This document shows, piece by piece, positions 1 to 9,249 of a DNA stretch of 64,000 bases. The stretch covers positions 70,219 to 134,218 of the forward strand of contig JAIRMU010000019.1 in assembly GCA_031258545.1 (NCBI GenBank), in the 5' to 3' direction. This DNA is from Puniceicoccales bacterium. GTDB lineage: Bacteria; Verrucomicrobiota; Verrucomicrobiia; Opitutales; UBA9783. A program made the translations under genes and the position numbers. Positions within the stretch are counted from its first letter, which is position 1; each line of letters starts with the position of its first letter. The notes under the pieces were generated by a model, which was not told the origin of the DNA, made no database searches, and worked only from the letters and a program-made list of their open reading frames with translations.

Positions 1-3000
1 ATACCCAGCGGATTTAAAATGATATCCACCGGTGTCCCATCGGCTAAAAAAGGCATATCCTGCATGGGTACAATTTGAGCCACAACCCCTTTGTTGCCAT
101 GACGACCTGCCATTTTATCGCCCACCTGAATCTTACGCTTTACGGCGATGTAAACTTTTACATTTTTAATGGTACCCGTTTCCTCGCCCTCTTCTTCAAC
201 GTGTCGAATTTTTGCTTCGTACTCTTCGTCCAAAAGTTCAAAACGTTTCTTGAATTGATTTAAAATTTCAACAATCTTAACTTTTACGGGAGATTGGTCG
301 ATCTGTAAACTGTCGGGAGCCGAAGCCAAACGGCGTAGCAAAGTTTTAGTAATTTTACGATTCGCCGGAATAATAATTTCACCCGTCCCCTGATGGATGA
401 TGTTCAAGGGTATCTTTTCACCCAATAAAATATTGGATAAGGCTTCCGTTAATTCTTCGCGCAAACGTTCCTTTGAAGCCCTCTGCTCTTCCGTAATTTT
501 CTTAAGTTTGCGACGATAATCCACCGTTTCGACGGACTCTTCTTCATCTTCCTTATCGGCATGCACCGATGTTCGGACATCCATGACGATCCCCGAGCAA
601 CCCGGAGGTGCAATCATTGAAGAATCTTTAATATCGGCTGCCTTTTCGCCGAAAATGGCCCGCAATAATTTTTCTTCCGGCGCCAATTCGGTTTCGCTTT
701 TGGGTGTAATCTTACCCACCAAAATATCCCCCGGATGCACCTCAGCACCCACACAGATAATACCGTTGCGATCCAAATTTTTAAGCGCTTCCTCGCCCAC
801 ATTGGGAATGTCACGCGTAATCTCCTCTGCGCCCAATTTTGTATCGCGCGCAGTCACTTCAAATTCCTCAATGTGGATGGACGTAAAAACGTCTTCCTTG
901 ACGAGACGCTCACTTAAAATAATGGCATCTTCAAAATTGTAACCATTCCAAGGCATAAAAGCAACCAAGACGTTGCTACCCAATGCCAATTCACCGTCCC
1001 GCGTTGCGGCACCATCCGCCAAAATTTGACCTTTCTTCACCACGTCCCCCAAACGCACCAAGGGCCTTTGATTAAAACAGGTGGTTGCATTGGAACGAAC
1101 AAATTTGTACAAATTATAAACGTAAATGCCTTTCTTGTGATCCGTCTTCAAATGCTTATCCATCCGCAATGGCAAAGTCCCACTCGTTGCAACAACAATA
1201 TGTTTTCCGTCAACTTCGACGACTTTTCCGTCCGCTTCCGCAACCACCACGGTGCGAGAATCTTGAGCCACCTTAGCCTCAAGGCCCGTTCCCACAAAAG
1301 GCGTTTGGGCTCGCAGCAATGGAACTCCTTGACGTTGCATATTCGATCCCATCAAAGCGCGACTCGCATCATCGTGTTCAAGAAATGGAATCAACCCTGT
1401 GGCAACGGAAATCAACTGCTTTGGAGAGACATCCATATAATTAACTTCCTTGGGATCCACTTCAATCACCTCAAATCTTTTACGCGCCGTAATTCTTCCT
1501 TCCAAACGACCTTCTTTGTTGACGAAAGAATTGGCCTGCGCAACGATCACTTGCTCTTCCTGATCCGCCGTTAAATAATGAACTTCATCGGTCACTATCC
1601 CCTTCTTAACCACCCTGTAGGGCGTTCCGATGAAACCAAATTCGTTGACGCTTGCATACGTCGTCAATGAATTGATTAAACCAATGTTGGGGCCTTCAGG
1701 CGTTTCGATGGGACATATGCGTCCATAATGGGAAGCATGCACATCACGCACTTCAAACCCAGCCCGATCGCGGTTTAATCCTCCCGGTCCCAATGCCGAC
1801 AAACGACGTTTATGCGTCAACTCGGCCAACGGATTAATTTGATCCATCAATTGCGATAATTGACTGCGCGCAAAAAAGTCACGCACAACGGTGGCCAAAG
1901 CTTTGGTATTCATCAAACGCTGCGGCGTGACGGCATCCACCGTTTGATCGTACAATGCCATGCGCTCTTTCACAATGCGTTCCGTACGCGACAACCCCAG
2001 ACGACACTGATGATATAGTAACTCTCCCACCGGACGTACTCTACGACTTCCCAAATGATCGATGTCATCCACCACGCCATTGCCTTTTTTCAAACTGCAC
2101 AAATAGCGCGTTGCCTGAACTATGTCATTGGGTTGCAACAAACGTTTAGACAAGTTAACATTTTCACCAAATTTTTGATTTAAACGATAACGCCCCACAC
2201 GTCCCAAATCATAACGTTTTTCATCAAAAAATAATCTTTTAAATAAATTTTTCGCGTTCGCCAAAGTCGCCGGATCTCCCGGACGTAAACGTCTAAAAAT
2301 ATCCCTCAACGCCTCTTCTTCATTGGGCACCGTATCCTTTTTCAAACAACGAATAATGGCCCCTTCATCCACACTGCTGTCCACAATCCATACGGTTTCA
2401 ACGTTGGACTGAGTAAACGCTTGCAGTACCGTTTGCGTAACAGGCTCAAATGCACGTGCCAAAACTAATCCCTTGGTCGCATCAATCACGTCTTCAACCA
2501 AAATGTACCCCGTCAAATCTTCTTTTAACAACAATACCTGGACGGATACTTTTTCCGGTGCATAAAAAAGCTTTAAAATATCCATATCACTACTGAACCC
2601 AAGCGCGCGTAGGAATGTGGTAACCAAAAATTTACGACGGCGGCGACGACGATCCAGATAAACGTACAATAAATCGTTGGGATCAAATTGTACCTCAATC
2701 CAAGTTCCACGGTCAGGAATAATGCGGAAGGAATGCAGTACTTTGCCCGTTGTATGCGCCTCTTGTTCAAAACAAATACCGGGCGATCTGTGCAATTGGC
2801 TGACAACCACCCTCTCCGCCCCATTAATGATAAAAGAACCTCTTTCGGTCATCAATGGAATTTCACCCATATAAATTTCACTTTCCTGAATGGATTCTTC
2901 AGCCTTGAGCCGCAAGGTTACATACAGGGAAACGGAATAAGTATTGCCCTCTCTAATGCACGTATAGTCCGATTGCTTCGGTTCCATAAGCTGATAGGAT

Positions 3001-3200
3001 ACATACTCCAAATGAAACTTATTGTCGTAACTTTCAATTGGAAAAACCTCTTGAAATACAGCTTCTAATCCAACATTTTCCCGTTGACGTGGGGCTTTAT
3101 TTGCCTGTAAAAACTCCTTGAAAGAAGCAAGCTGCAATTGTATTAAATCAGGCGGTAGAATAACCTCATTTAATTTTCCAAAATTAATGCGATGTGACAT
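1..3200 (-). CDS. rpoB: DNA-directed RNA polymerase subunit beta, partial (C-terminal part lies beyond the left edge)
   Basis: Absent from the ORF track because it has no in-window stop. My reverse-strand translation from ATG (3200-3198) gives MSHRINFGKLNEVILPPDLIQLQLASFKEF...MGEIPLMTERGSFIINGAERVVVSQLHRSPGICFE...IPDRGTWIEVQFDPNDLLYVYLDRRRRRRKF, the conserved RpoB N-terminus. It lies directly downstream of rplL as in rplKAJL-rpoBC clusters. Frame continuity down to position 1 was not checked codon by codon. Confidence 0.9.
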   Translation of the reverse strand, partial: MSHRINFGKLNEVILPPDLIQLQLASFKEFLQANKAPRQRENVGLEAVFQEVFPIESYDNKFHLEYVSYQLMEPKQSDYTCIREGNTYSVSLYVTLRLKAEESIQESEIYMGEIPLMTERGSFIINGAERVVVSQLHRSPGICFEQEAHTTGKVLHSFRIIPDRGTWIEVQFDPNDLLYVYLDRRRRRRKFLVTTFLRALGFSSDMDILKLFYAPEKVSVQVLLLKEDLTGYILVEDVIDATKGLVLARAFEPVTQTVLQAFTQSNVETVWIVDSSVDEGAIIRCLKKDTVPNEEEALRDIFRRLRPGDPATLANAKNLFKRLFFDEKRYDLGRVGRYRLNQKFGENVNLSKRLLQPNDIVQATRYLCSLKKGNGVVDDIDHLGSRRVRPVGELLYHQCRLGLSRTERIVKERMALYDQTVDAVTPQRLMNTKALATVVRDFFARSQLSQLMDQINPLAELTHKRRLSALGPGGLNRDRAGFEVRDVHASHYGRICPIETPEGPNIGLINSLTTYASVNEFGFIGTPYRVVKKGIVTDEVHYLTADQEEQVIVAQANSFVNKEGRLEGRITARKRFEVIEVDPKEVNYMDVSPKQLISVATGLIPFLEHDDASRALMGSNMQRQGVPLLRAQTPFVGTGLEAKVAQDSRTVVVAEADGKVVEVDGKHIVVATSGTLPLRMDKHLKTDHKKGIYVYNLYKFVRSNATTCFNQRPLVRLGDVVKKGQILADGAATRDGELALGSNVLVAFMPWNGYNFEDAIILSERLVKEDVFTSIHIEEFEVTARDTKLGAEEITRDIPNVGEEALKNLDRNGIICVGAEVHPGDILVGKITPKSETELAPEEKLLRAIFGEKAADIKDSSMIAPPGCSGIVMDVRTSVHADKEDEEESVETVDYRRKLKKITEEQRASKERLREELTEALSNILLGEKIPLNIIHQGTGEIIIPANRKITKTLLRRLASAPDSLQIDQSPVKVKIVEILNQFKKRFELLDEEYEAKIRHVEEEGEETGTIKNVKVYIAVKRKIQVGDKMAGRHGNKGVVAQIVPMQDMPFLADGTPVDIILNPLG

Positions 3201-3252
3201 AAAATAAACAAAATCTTAACAACAAGGATTTTCTCTCCATCCTATCCTTGTT
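3201..3252 (-). terminator. rplL-rpoB intergenic hairpin (possible attenuator)
   Basis: Minus-strand transcript forms AACAAGGAT (3252-3244) / ATCCTTGTT (3229-3221), a 9-bp stem with a 14-nt loop. It is followed by U-rich GUUAAGAUUUUGUUUAUUUU (3220-3201). E. coli has an attenuator at the equivalent position. Confidence 0.4.
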
Positions 3253-3280
3253 CACACAAGACACGTTCACAAACCCAAAA

Positions 3281-3658
3281 TCACTTGACTTCAACCTTCG
3301 CACCGGCTGCTTCAAGCCTCTTTTTGAGATCTTCCGCCTCTTGCTTTCCTATACTTTCTTTGACGGCTTTCGGAGCTCCCTCCACCAAATCTTTGGCTTC
3401 CTTTAAGCCTAAACCTGTAATGGCACGAATCTCTTTAATAACATTGATCTTATTGGCGCCAGTATCTGCCAAGATAACGTTAAATTCCGTTTTCTCTTCA
3501 ACGGCCTGCTCGGCAGCGACAGGTGCTGCGGCAACCGCAACCGGAGCAGCGGCACTTACGCCCCACTTCGCTTCAAGCTCTTTAACCAAACTAGCAATTT
3601 CCAACACCGATTGATTACTCAACCATTCAATAACTTGATCTTTTTTTAGATTACTCAT
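3281..3658 (-). CDS. rplL: 50S ribosomal protein L7/L12
   Basis: [34 protein letters not shown]...Ala/Val hinge...[20 protein letters not shown]...[14 protein letters not shown] lies just upstream of the ATG at 3658; the track ORF starts 5 codons earlier at 3673. Confidence 0.95.
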   Translation of the reverse strand: MSNLKKDQVIEWLSNQSVLEIASLVKELEAKWGVSAAAPVAVAAAPVAAEQAVEEKTEFNVILADTGANKINVIKEIRAITGLGLKEAKDLVEGAPKAVKESIGKQEAEDLKKRLEAAGAKVEVK

Positions 3659-3754
3659 ATTTCCTCCTAGCACAGATTAGCGTTCATCTTTTATTCTTTT
3701 TTTCTCGGACGAAGCATTTAAGAAGATAAAATCTCCCTAACCTGACCTGAAAAA

Positions 3755-4276
3755 TTATTTGGTGACACCATCCCTTTTTTCATATGCCTTCAGCAATGTC
3801 AAAAACCCCTGCGGAATTCCTTGCATAACATACAAACATTGACGATAAGGCGTCCATAATAGAGATAAAAACATAGCCCTTAGCGTTGCCAAATCAGGTA
3901 GTTTGGATAAAGCTTCCAAAGCCATAACATCGTACAATTGCCCTTCCAAAAAACCACCTTTCGCATTTAACTTTTCTTTATCTTCGGCAAACTTCAACAA
4001 CAGTTTAATGACACCCGATGGATTATCTCCTCCGTATACAATGGCGGTTTGTCCCTCCAGCCACTGTACAAAAGAAGGCCACTTGAGATCTTCTCCCACT
4101 TTACGTAAAATTGCATTTTTAACAACGTGAAAATAGGCCCCTTCCTTGGATAAATCCGCCCGTAGTTTGGCAATTTCCGCAACCGTTACGCGCCTAAAAT
4201 CAACTAGATACCAATAACTCGAATCCTTAACTCGGTTTGAAACTTCGCGCACCAAAAATGTCTTTTCTATTCTCAT
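3755..4276 (-). CDS. rplJ: 50S ribosomal protein L10
   Basis: Position between rplA and rplL, L10-like sequence (MRIEKTFLVREVSNRVKDSSYWYLVDFRRVTVAEIAKLR...). The start at Met-13 of the track ORF avoids overlap with rplA. Confidence 0.9.
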   Translation of the reverse strand: MRIEKTFLVREVSNRVKDSSYWYLVDFRRVTVAEIAKLRADLSKEGAYFHVVKNAILRKVGEDLKWPSFVQWLEGQTAIVYGGDNPSGVIKLLLKFAEDKEKLNAKGGFLEGQLYDVMALEALSKLPDLATLRAMFLSLLWTPYRQCLYVMQGIPQGFLTLLKAYEKRDGVTK

Positions 4277-4296
4277 CCGATTTTCCTTTCCAAAAC

Positions 4297-4998
4297 CTAT
4301 TTCCCGCAACAAGCCAACAAAGTTTCATGCAAAGTGAGTCCTGGACTCATCGTGGTTGAAACCGTTGCACGTTTGATAAACTTACCTTTTAAAGATGCGG
4401 GCTGCGCATGCTGAATAGCCTGCAATGCACTTTCCGTATTTTCTACGAGCTTTTGAATGCCCAAGGAACGTTTTCCAACACCCAGTTGTAGGTTGGCCCC
4501 CTTGTCCATTTTGAATTCCACGCGCCCTTTTTTCAAAGCTTCAATGCAAGTTACCAAATCGTCCGTTATCGTACCCGTCTTTGGATTGGGCATCAACCCA
4601 CGAGGTCCCAGTATACGCGCAACGACTTTTACGTCTTTCATCGCTTCGGGCGTAGCAACGGCCACATCAAAATCTAACCACCCTTCTTTAATTTTTTCAA
4701 TTAAATCAGTCAATCCAGCCGCGCAAGCACCTGCCCCTAAAGCTTCTTCGGGCTTAGCCGTAAATGCAACAACGCGTACTTCTTTACCATTGCCGTGAGG
4801 TAATTGAACAATACCCCTCACCATCTGATCGCTCTGTTTGGGATCCACCGCCAAATGCATCGATAATTCAACCGTTTCATCAAATTTAGCCGCCGGCATT
4901 TCCAATAAACATTGAAAAGCATCCGCGAGTAATGCGTACGATTTTCCTTCTTTCACTTTTTCAAAAGCCGACCTATAACGCTTACTATGTTTTTTCAT
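4297..4998 (-). CDS. rplA: 50S ribosomal protein L1
   Basis: MKKHSKRYRSAFEKV...FDETVELSMHLAVDPKQSDQMVRG...LGPRGLMPNPKTGT, typical L1. Confidence 0.95.
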   Translation of the reverse strand: MKKHSKRYRSAFEKVKEGKSYALLADAFQCLLEMPAAKFDETVELSMHLAVDPKQSDQMVRGIVQLPHGNGKEVRVVAFTAKPEEALGAGACAAGLTDLIEKIKEGWLDFDVAVATPEAMKDVKVVARILGPRGLMPNPKTGTITDDLVTCIEALKKGRVEFKMDKGANLQLGVGKRSLGIQKLVENTESALQAIQHAQPASLKGKFIKRATVSTTMSPGLTLHETLLACCGK

Positions 4999-5012
4999 TG
5001 CTTCTCTTACCG

Positions 5013-5444
5013 TTAGTCTACCACCTGAATACCCATGCTGCGGGCCGTCCCTTCAATCATTCGTACGGCACTCTCTATGGTATGTGAATTTAAATCCGAT
5101 TGCTTTATGCTCGCTATTTCCTTCACTTGCTGGCGAGTCACCGTACCTACTTTTGCCTTATTGGGTTCTCCGGAACCTTTGGGGACCTTAGCCGCCTTGC
5201 ACAACAATACGGATGCCGGAGGTGATTTCAAAATAAATGAAAAGGATTTATCCGCATAAACTGTGATGACTGCCGGAATTACCAGGCCCGTCTGATCTTT
5301 GGTTTGCGCATTAAACTCTTTGCAAAACGCCATAATATTAACACCTTTTGCTCCCAGCGCTGGGCCTACCGGTGGTGCAGGATTCGCCGCACCCGCAGGC
5401 AATTGCAAACGTATTTCTCCAATAACCTTCTTTTTGACCGCCAT
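5013..5444 (-). CDS. rplK: 50S ribosomal protein L11
   Basis: [46 protein letters not shown]..., canonical L11 N-terminus. Confidence 0.96.
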   Translation of the reverse strand: MAVKKKVIGEIRLQLPAGAANPAPPVGPALGAKGVNIMAFCKEFNAQTKDQTGLVIPAVITVYADKSFSFILKSPPASVLLCKAAKVPKGSGEPNKAKVGTVTRQQVKEIASIKQSDLNSHTIESAVRMIEGTARSMGIQVVD

Positions 5445-5461
5445 AACCTAAAAATCTATCC

Positions 5462-6037
5462 TCATTCCTTTTCCCTTTGAACCTGCCAATATTCCAATTC
5501 AACAGGGGTAAAACGTCCAAAAATAGAGACCGAAATCTTTAATTTTCCTCTTTCGGGATCCACCACATCAATTTTACCGGTTAAATTCAAAAATGGCCCA
5601 TCTATAATTTTGACCATCTCTCCCACTTCATACGCAACCTTTAAAACCTTTTTACCTTTGGTCTCTTCCACTTGCCCCAGGATGCCTTCCATCTCTCTTT
5701 TTTTAAGGGCAACGGGATGGTCTCCTCCCATAAAATTCAAGACCCCCTGAACATTTTTCACATACGAAACAACCTGTTGTAACATCTCTCCATTGTCGTC
5801 GTAAAGCCGCATCTGAAGGAAAATGTAACCCGGATAAAATTTATGCACCTTACTACTTTTTTTACCATTTTTAACTTCCATGACCGTCTTTGTGGGAACC
5901 AGGACGGTCTTTATGTATGCTCCCAATCCCTCAATGGCGGTAAAATGATCCAAATGACGTTTAATTTTTAATTCCTGGTTGGAAGCCGTTTGAACCGCAT
6001 ACCACTTAAAACTATCTTCCACTTTTATTTCGGTCAT
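5462..6037 (-). CDS. nusG: Transcription termination/antitermination factor NusG
   Basis: WYAVQTASNQELKIKRHL (NGN) and C-terminal KOW GEMVKIIDGPFLNLTGKIDVVDPERGKLKISVSIFGRFTPVELEYWQV. secE-nusG-rplK synteny. Confidence 0.92.
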   Translation of the reverse strand: MTEIKVEDSFKWYAVQTASNQELKIKRHLDHFTAIEGLGAYIKTVLVPTKTVMEVKNGKKSSKVHKFYPGYIFLQMRLYDDNGEMLQQVVSYVKNVQGVLNFMGGDHPVALKKREMEGILGQVEETKGKKVLKVAYEVGEMVKIIDGPFLNLTGKIDVVDPERGKLKISVSIFGRFTPVELEYWQVQREKE

Positions 6038-6066
6038 CTTGTGTTCTCTATTCTGGGATTACGCGA

Positions 6067-6270
6067 TCAACGGCTTACACAACGTATCAATAGATCTACC
6101 ATTTGAAATAATGAAAAATCTACCATACTCACAAAAACTCCTAAAAACAATACCCCTAATAGAACAATCGCTGAAGATTTTCGCAATTCATACCAGCTCG
6201 GCCACGACGCTTTTTTTAATTCTTCGACCATTTCGCGTCCAAAAGTACGTATTTTTTTAAAAATTTTCAT
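6067..6270 (-). CDS. secE: Preprotein translocase subunit SecE
   Basis: MKIFKKIRTFGREMVEELKKASWPSWYELRKSSAIVLLGVLFLGVFV..., a single TM. The longer track ORF (to 6315) would overlap tRNA-Trp, so Met-16 was chosen. Confidence 0.8.
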   Translation of the reverse strand: MKIFKKIRTFGREMVEELKKASWPSWYELRKSSAIVLLGVLFLGVFVSMVDFSLFQMVDLLIRCVSR

Positions 6271-6285
6271 CTTCGTTTTATTCCT

Positions 6286-6361
6286 TGGCAGGAGAAGAGG
6301 GACTCGAACCCCCAACCGACGGTTTTGGAGACCGCTGCGCTACCAATTGCGCCATTCTCCT
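6286..6361 (-). tRNA. tRNA-Trp (anticodon CCA)
   Basis: Reverse complement AGGAGAATGGCGCAATTGGTAGCGCAGCGGTCTCCAAAACCGTCGGTTGGGGGTTCGAGTCCCTCTTCTCCTGCCA. Acceptor AGGAGAA/TTCTCCT, anticodon loop CUCCAAA, T-loop TTCGAGT, encoded 3' CCA. Confidence 0.9.
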
Positions 6362-6448
6362 ACTCGCAATTACACCTTCACGCCTCATAACTTTTCTGGA
6401 AGTCTTATTTTTGTCAACGAAAATCGTCCCAAAACGTTACCCAAGCAC

Positions 6449-7639
6449 TTAAGCAATAACTTCAACAATACGTCCTGCACCGATGGTCCTTCCACCTTCA
6501 CGCATGGCAAAACGCTGTCCTTTTTCCATAGCAACCGATTTTTGTAATTCGATTTCAATGGATAAATTGTCTCCCGGCATAACCATTTCAACTCCCTCTG
6601 GCAAAGAACAAACACCCGTTACATCGGCTGTGCCAAAGAAAAATTGAGGGCGATATCCCTTAAAGAAAGGTGTATGACGACCTCCCTCATCTTTCGTTAA
6701 AACATAAATTTCTGCTTTTGCCTTCGTATGCGGCGTAATAGATCCCGGCTTCGCCAAAACTTGACCCCGTTCGACATCCTTCTTTTCAATACCTCTCAAC
6801 AGAACACCCACGTTGTCGCCCGCTTGCCCACGATCCAGCAACTTATGAAACATTTCAACACCGGTACACGTTGTACTATGCGTTGGACGTAATCCTACAA
6901 TTTCCACCGTATCGCCTACTTTAACGCTACCACGTTCAATGCGGCCCGTCACAACGGTACCTCTTCCCGTAATGCTAAAAACGTCTTCCATGGACATTAG
7001 AAAAGGCTTCTCCAGGTCGTGCTGTGGCTCGGGAATATCTTTGTCAACCGCCTCCAGCAAACGACTAATGGAATCTACGCCTTCGGGTTTTCCCTCCAGG
7101 GCACCCAAAGCAGATCCGCGAATAATGGTAATATCATCGCCTTTGTATTCATATTTGTTCAAAAGATCCCGAATTTCCATCTCCACCAATTCAAGCAGCT
7201 CCGGATCATCCACAAGATCTACTTTATTGAGAAAAACAACCAAATTAGGTACGCCCACCTGACGTGCCAACAAAATGTGTTCACGGGTTTGGGGCATGGG
7301 ACCATCGTAGGCACTCACCACCAAAATAGCACCATCCATCTGCGCGGCCCCCGTAATCATATTCTTCACGAAATCCGCATGTCCCGGACAATCGACGTGG
7401 GCATAGTGACGAACTGTCGTTTCATATTCAACATGCGCAACGGCAATTGTAACAATTTTTGAAGCATCGCGAACGGTACCTCCTTTTGCGATTTCTGCAT
7501 AAGACTTACATTCCGCCAATCCTTTGTCCGATTGCACTTTAAGAATAGCCGTTGTGAGCGTTGTTTTACCATGGTCCACGTGACCAATTGTTCCCACGTT
7601 AACATGTGGTTTTGTTCTTGCGAAGGTTTCTTTAGCCAT
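6449..7639 (-). CDS. tuf: Elongation factor Tu
   Basis: [26 protein letters not shown], full-length 396 aa. Confidence 0.98.
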   Translation of the reverse strand: MAKETFARTKPHVNVGTIGHVDHGKTTLTTAILKVQSDKGLAECKSYAEIAKGGTVRDASKIVTIAVAHVEYETTVRHYAHVDCPGHADFVKNMITGAAQMDGAILVVSAYDGPMPQTREHILLARQVGVPNLVVFLNKVDLVDDPELLELVEMEIRDLLNKYEYKGDDITIIRGSALGALEGKPEGVDSISRLLEAVDKDIPEPQHDLEKPFLMSMEDVFSITGRGTVVTGRIERGSVKVGDTVEIVGLRPTHSTTCTGVEMFHKLLDRGQAGDNVGVLLRGIEKKDVERGQVLAKPGSITPHTKAKAEIYVLTKDEGGRHTPFFKGYRPQFFFGTADVTGVCSLPEGVEMVMPGDNLSIEIELQKSVAMEKGQRFAMREGGRTIGAGRIVEVIA

Positions 7640-7674
7640 ACAAAAAAATTGAGTTTAAGATAAACTTTGGTTGA

Positions 7675-7750
<76 letters not shown>

Positions 7751-7956
7751 AACTTCTCATCCACTTTTGGCCTTTAACCAAAATACTGTGAAGATTAAAC
7801 TTTTGATGCCTAATTGCAAACAGTCAACCTTTTATTTTAAAAAATATTAAAAAAATAAGGATAATAGGTTTTTGATCGCCATCGCATGCGTCTATGAAAC
7901 TTAAAAAATGCTTGCAGCGCCACTTATTTTTAATCATTCAACCTACGCTACATTCT

Positions 7957-9078
7957 TTAAAATACTTTCACGGCATTTCCCAAACAATGTAACTGCAACT
8001 TAATTTCGGCAAACTTATTTCTATAGTGTCGGCCTTTTGCTCCGCACATCACTTTTGACAAGATCCAATATCTACCATAGTTAAAATAACTTACACGCGT
8101 AAAAAGATTCTTTTTAGGTAGATACAATTGCGTCTTATAAAAGGGTATGTTGCCTTTTTCTATGACGGCAACTAAAAATTGTTCTAAACTTTTTTCATTA
8201 TTTAGCATCGTTTCCTCTTTGACGATAGGTTCACGAAGCATGGCAAGATACTTTGCATCATCTTGATCAAGTTCCATCACTTTCTGCATCACCGTATCCA
8301 AATTGTCGTATTCATGACAATTAATAAAGGCCTTTGTATTTAGCAATGTTCCTACGCTTGGATTTCCCCAATAAATTGGAATAGAATTTGCCATAAAAGG
8401 ATGTACCAGTTTTTCGGTTACGTAGCCTTCACTCGAAGCATTTTCAAAGGCAATTGTAAATTTGTAATCTTTGATAAAAGCCACCTTACTTTCCCATGCA
8501 TTACCGCCTCCTCGGGGAACAATGGTCTGTTGCATGTTATTTAAGACACGCCCAGGACAATCCACTTTCTTGTAACGCATTAATTTTTTGGCAAAATCCT
8601 GCCTTAAAATGGCTCCGTTGCCTTTGGAAGCATTGCAGTATATGAAATTACAAAACTTTCGCTGTAGGCACTTTTGATCCACCTGCAAACGCACACGTTC
8701 ACAAGATTTAAAATTTAGAATGTCCGAATTATATTGAAAATGGCGCGATCCAAAGTGAATGGGATGGCACGTAATGGCATAATCGCATTCGTTAAAATTG
8801 GGCATAACATTCTCCGCCGTGTAAAATATTTTAACGCAATTTGCATACTGCCTAAAAGCATCTCCCCAGCACGAGTAAAACAAAAAATCAGCGTTTGGAC
8901 CTATCTCGACGTGGTAATACTTTTCCAACATGGAAACAAACTTTTGCCCTTGAATATCCGATGTCCCTGCTGGGTCCACACAAAAATCGGCAAAAGCAAT
9001 TCTTATCGTCCGCTTTTCAGCAGGCAGGACAAACGTCACCGCAAAAGAGATGACAACCAACCAAGCAACACGATTCAA
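7957..9078 (-). CDS. Glycosyltransferase family 10 (alpha-1,3/4-fucosyltransferase-like)
   Basis: DYKFTIAFENASSEGYVTEKLVHPFMANSIPIYWG matches the GT10 FucT motif (YxFxLxFENSxxxxYxTEK...P(I/V)(Y/V)xG, as in H. pylori FutA/B). N-terminal hydrophobic anchor MNRVAWLVVISFAVTFVLPA. Visibly AT-rich. Confidence 0.75.
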   Translation of the reverse strand: MNRVAWLVVISFAVTFVLPAEKRTIRIAFADFCVDPAGTSDIQGQKFVSMLEKYYHVEIGPNADFLFYSCWGDAFRQYANCVKIFYTAENVMPNFNECDYAITCHPIHFGSRHFQYNSDILNFKSCERVRLQVDQKCLQRKFCNFIYCNASKGNGAILRQDFAKKLMRYKKVDCPGRVLNNMQQTIVPRGGGNAWESKVAFIKDYKFTIAFENASSEGYVTEKLVHPFMANSIPIYWGNPSVGTLLNTKAFINCHEYDNLDTVMQKVMELDQDDAKYLAMLREPIVKEETMLNNEKSLEQFLVAVIEKGNIPFYKTQLYLPKKNLFTRVSYFNYGRYWILSKVMCGAKGRHYRNKFAEIKLQLHCLGNAVKVF

Positions 9079-9117
9079 AATGTAACTCCTTCAATCTCTA
9101 CAAATATTATACAATAC

Positions 9118-9201
9118 TGGTGCTTGAAAAGGGACTCGAACCCTTACACCTTGCGGCACTAGATCCTAAGTCTAGCGTGTCTACCATTCCACCATTCAAG
9201 C
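9118..9201 (-). tRNA. tRNA-Leu (anticodon UAG)
   Basis: Reverse complement GCTTGAATGGTGGAATGGTAGACACGCTAGACTTAGGATCTAGTGCCGCAAGGTGTAAGGGTTCGAGTCCCTTTTCAAGCACCA. Acceptor GCTTGAA/TTCAAGC, anticodon stem CTAGA/TCTAG with loop CUUAGGA, long variable arm, encoded CCA. Confidence 0.87.
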
Positions 9202-9249
9202 AAAAATACATATTTATTGCCACCTCCATAACCCGTACACGCTGCATCA

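Noticed and set aside
583-3068. Several plus-strand ORFs of 60-182 aa (e.g. 583-942, 1026-1574, 2688-3068).
   Set aside because: They lie antisense to or out of frame with the long rpoB reading frame on the minus strand. Their composition is not protein-like (Ser/Arg/Cys-rich shadows). rpoB itself is missing from the track only because it has no in-window stop.
6347-6615. ORFs 6347-6547 (+) and 6385-6615 (-) between secE and tuf.
   Set aside because: They overlap tRNA-Trp and the 3' end of tuf; no support as genes.
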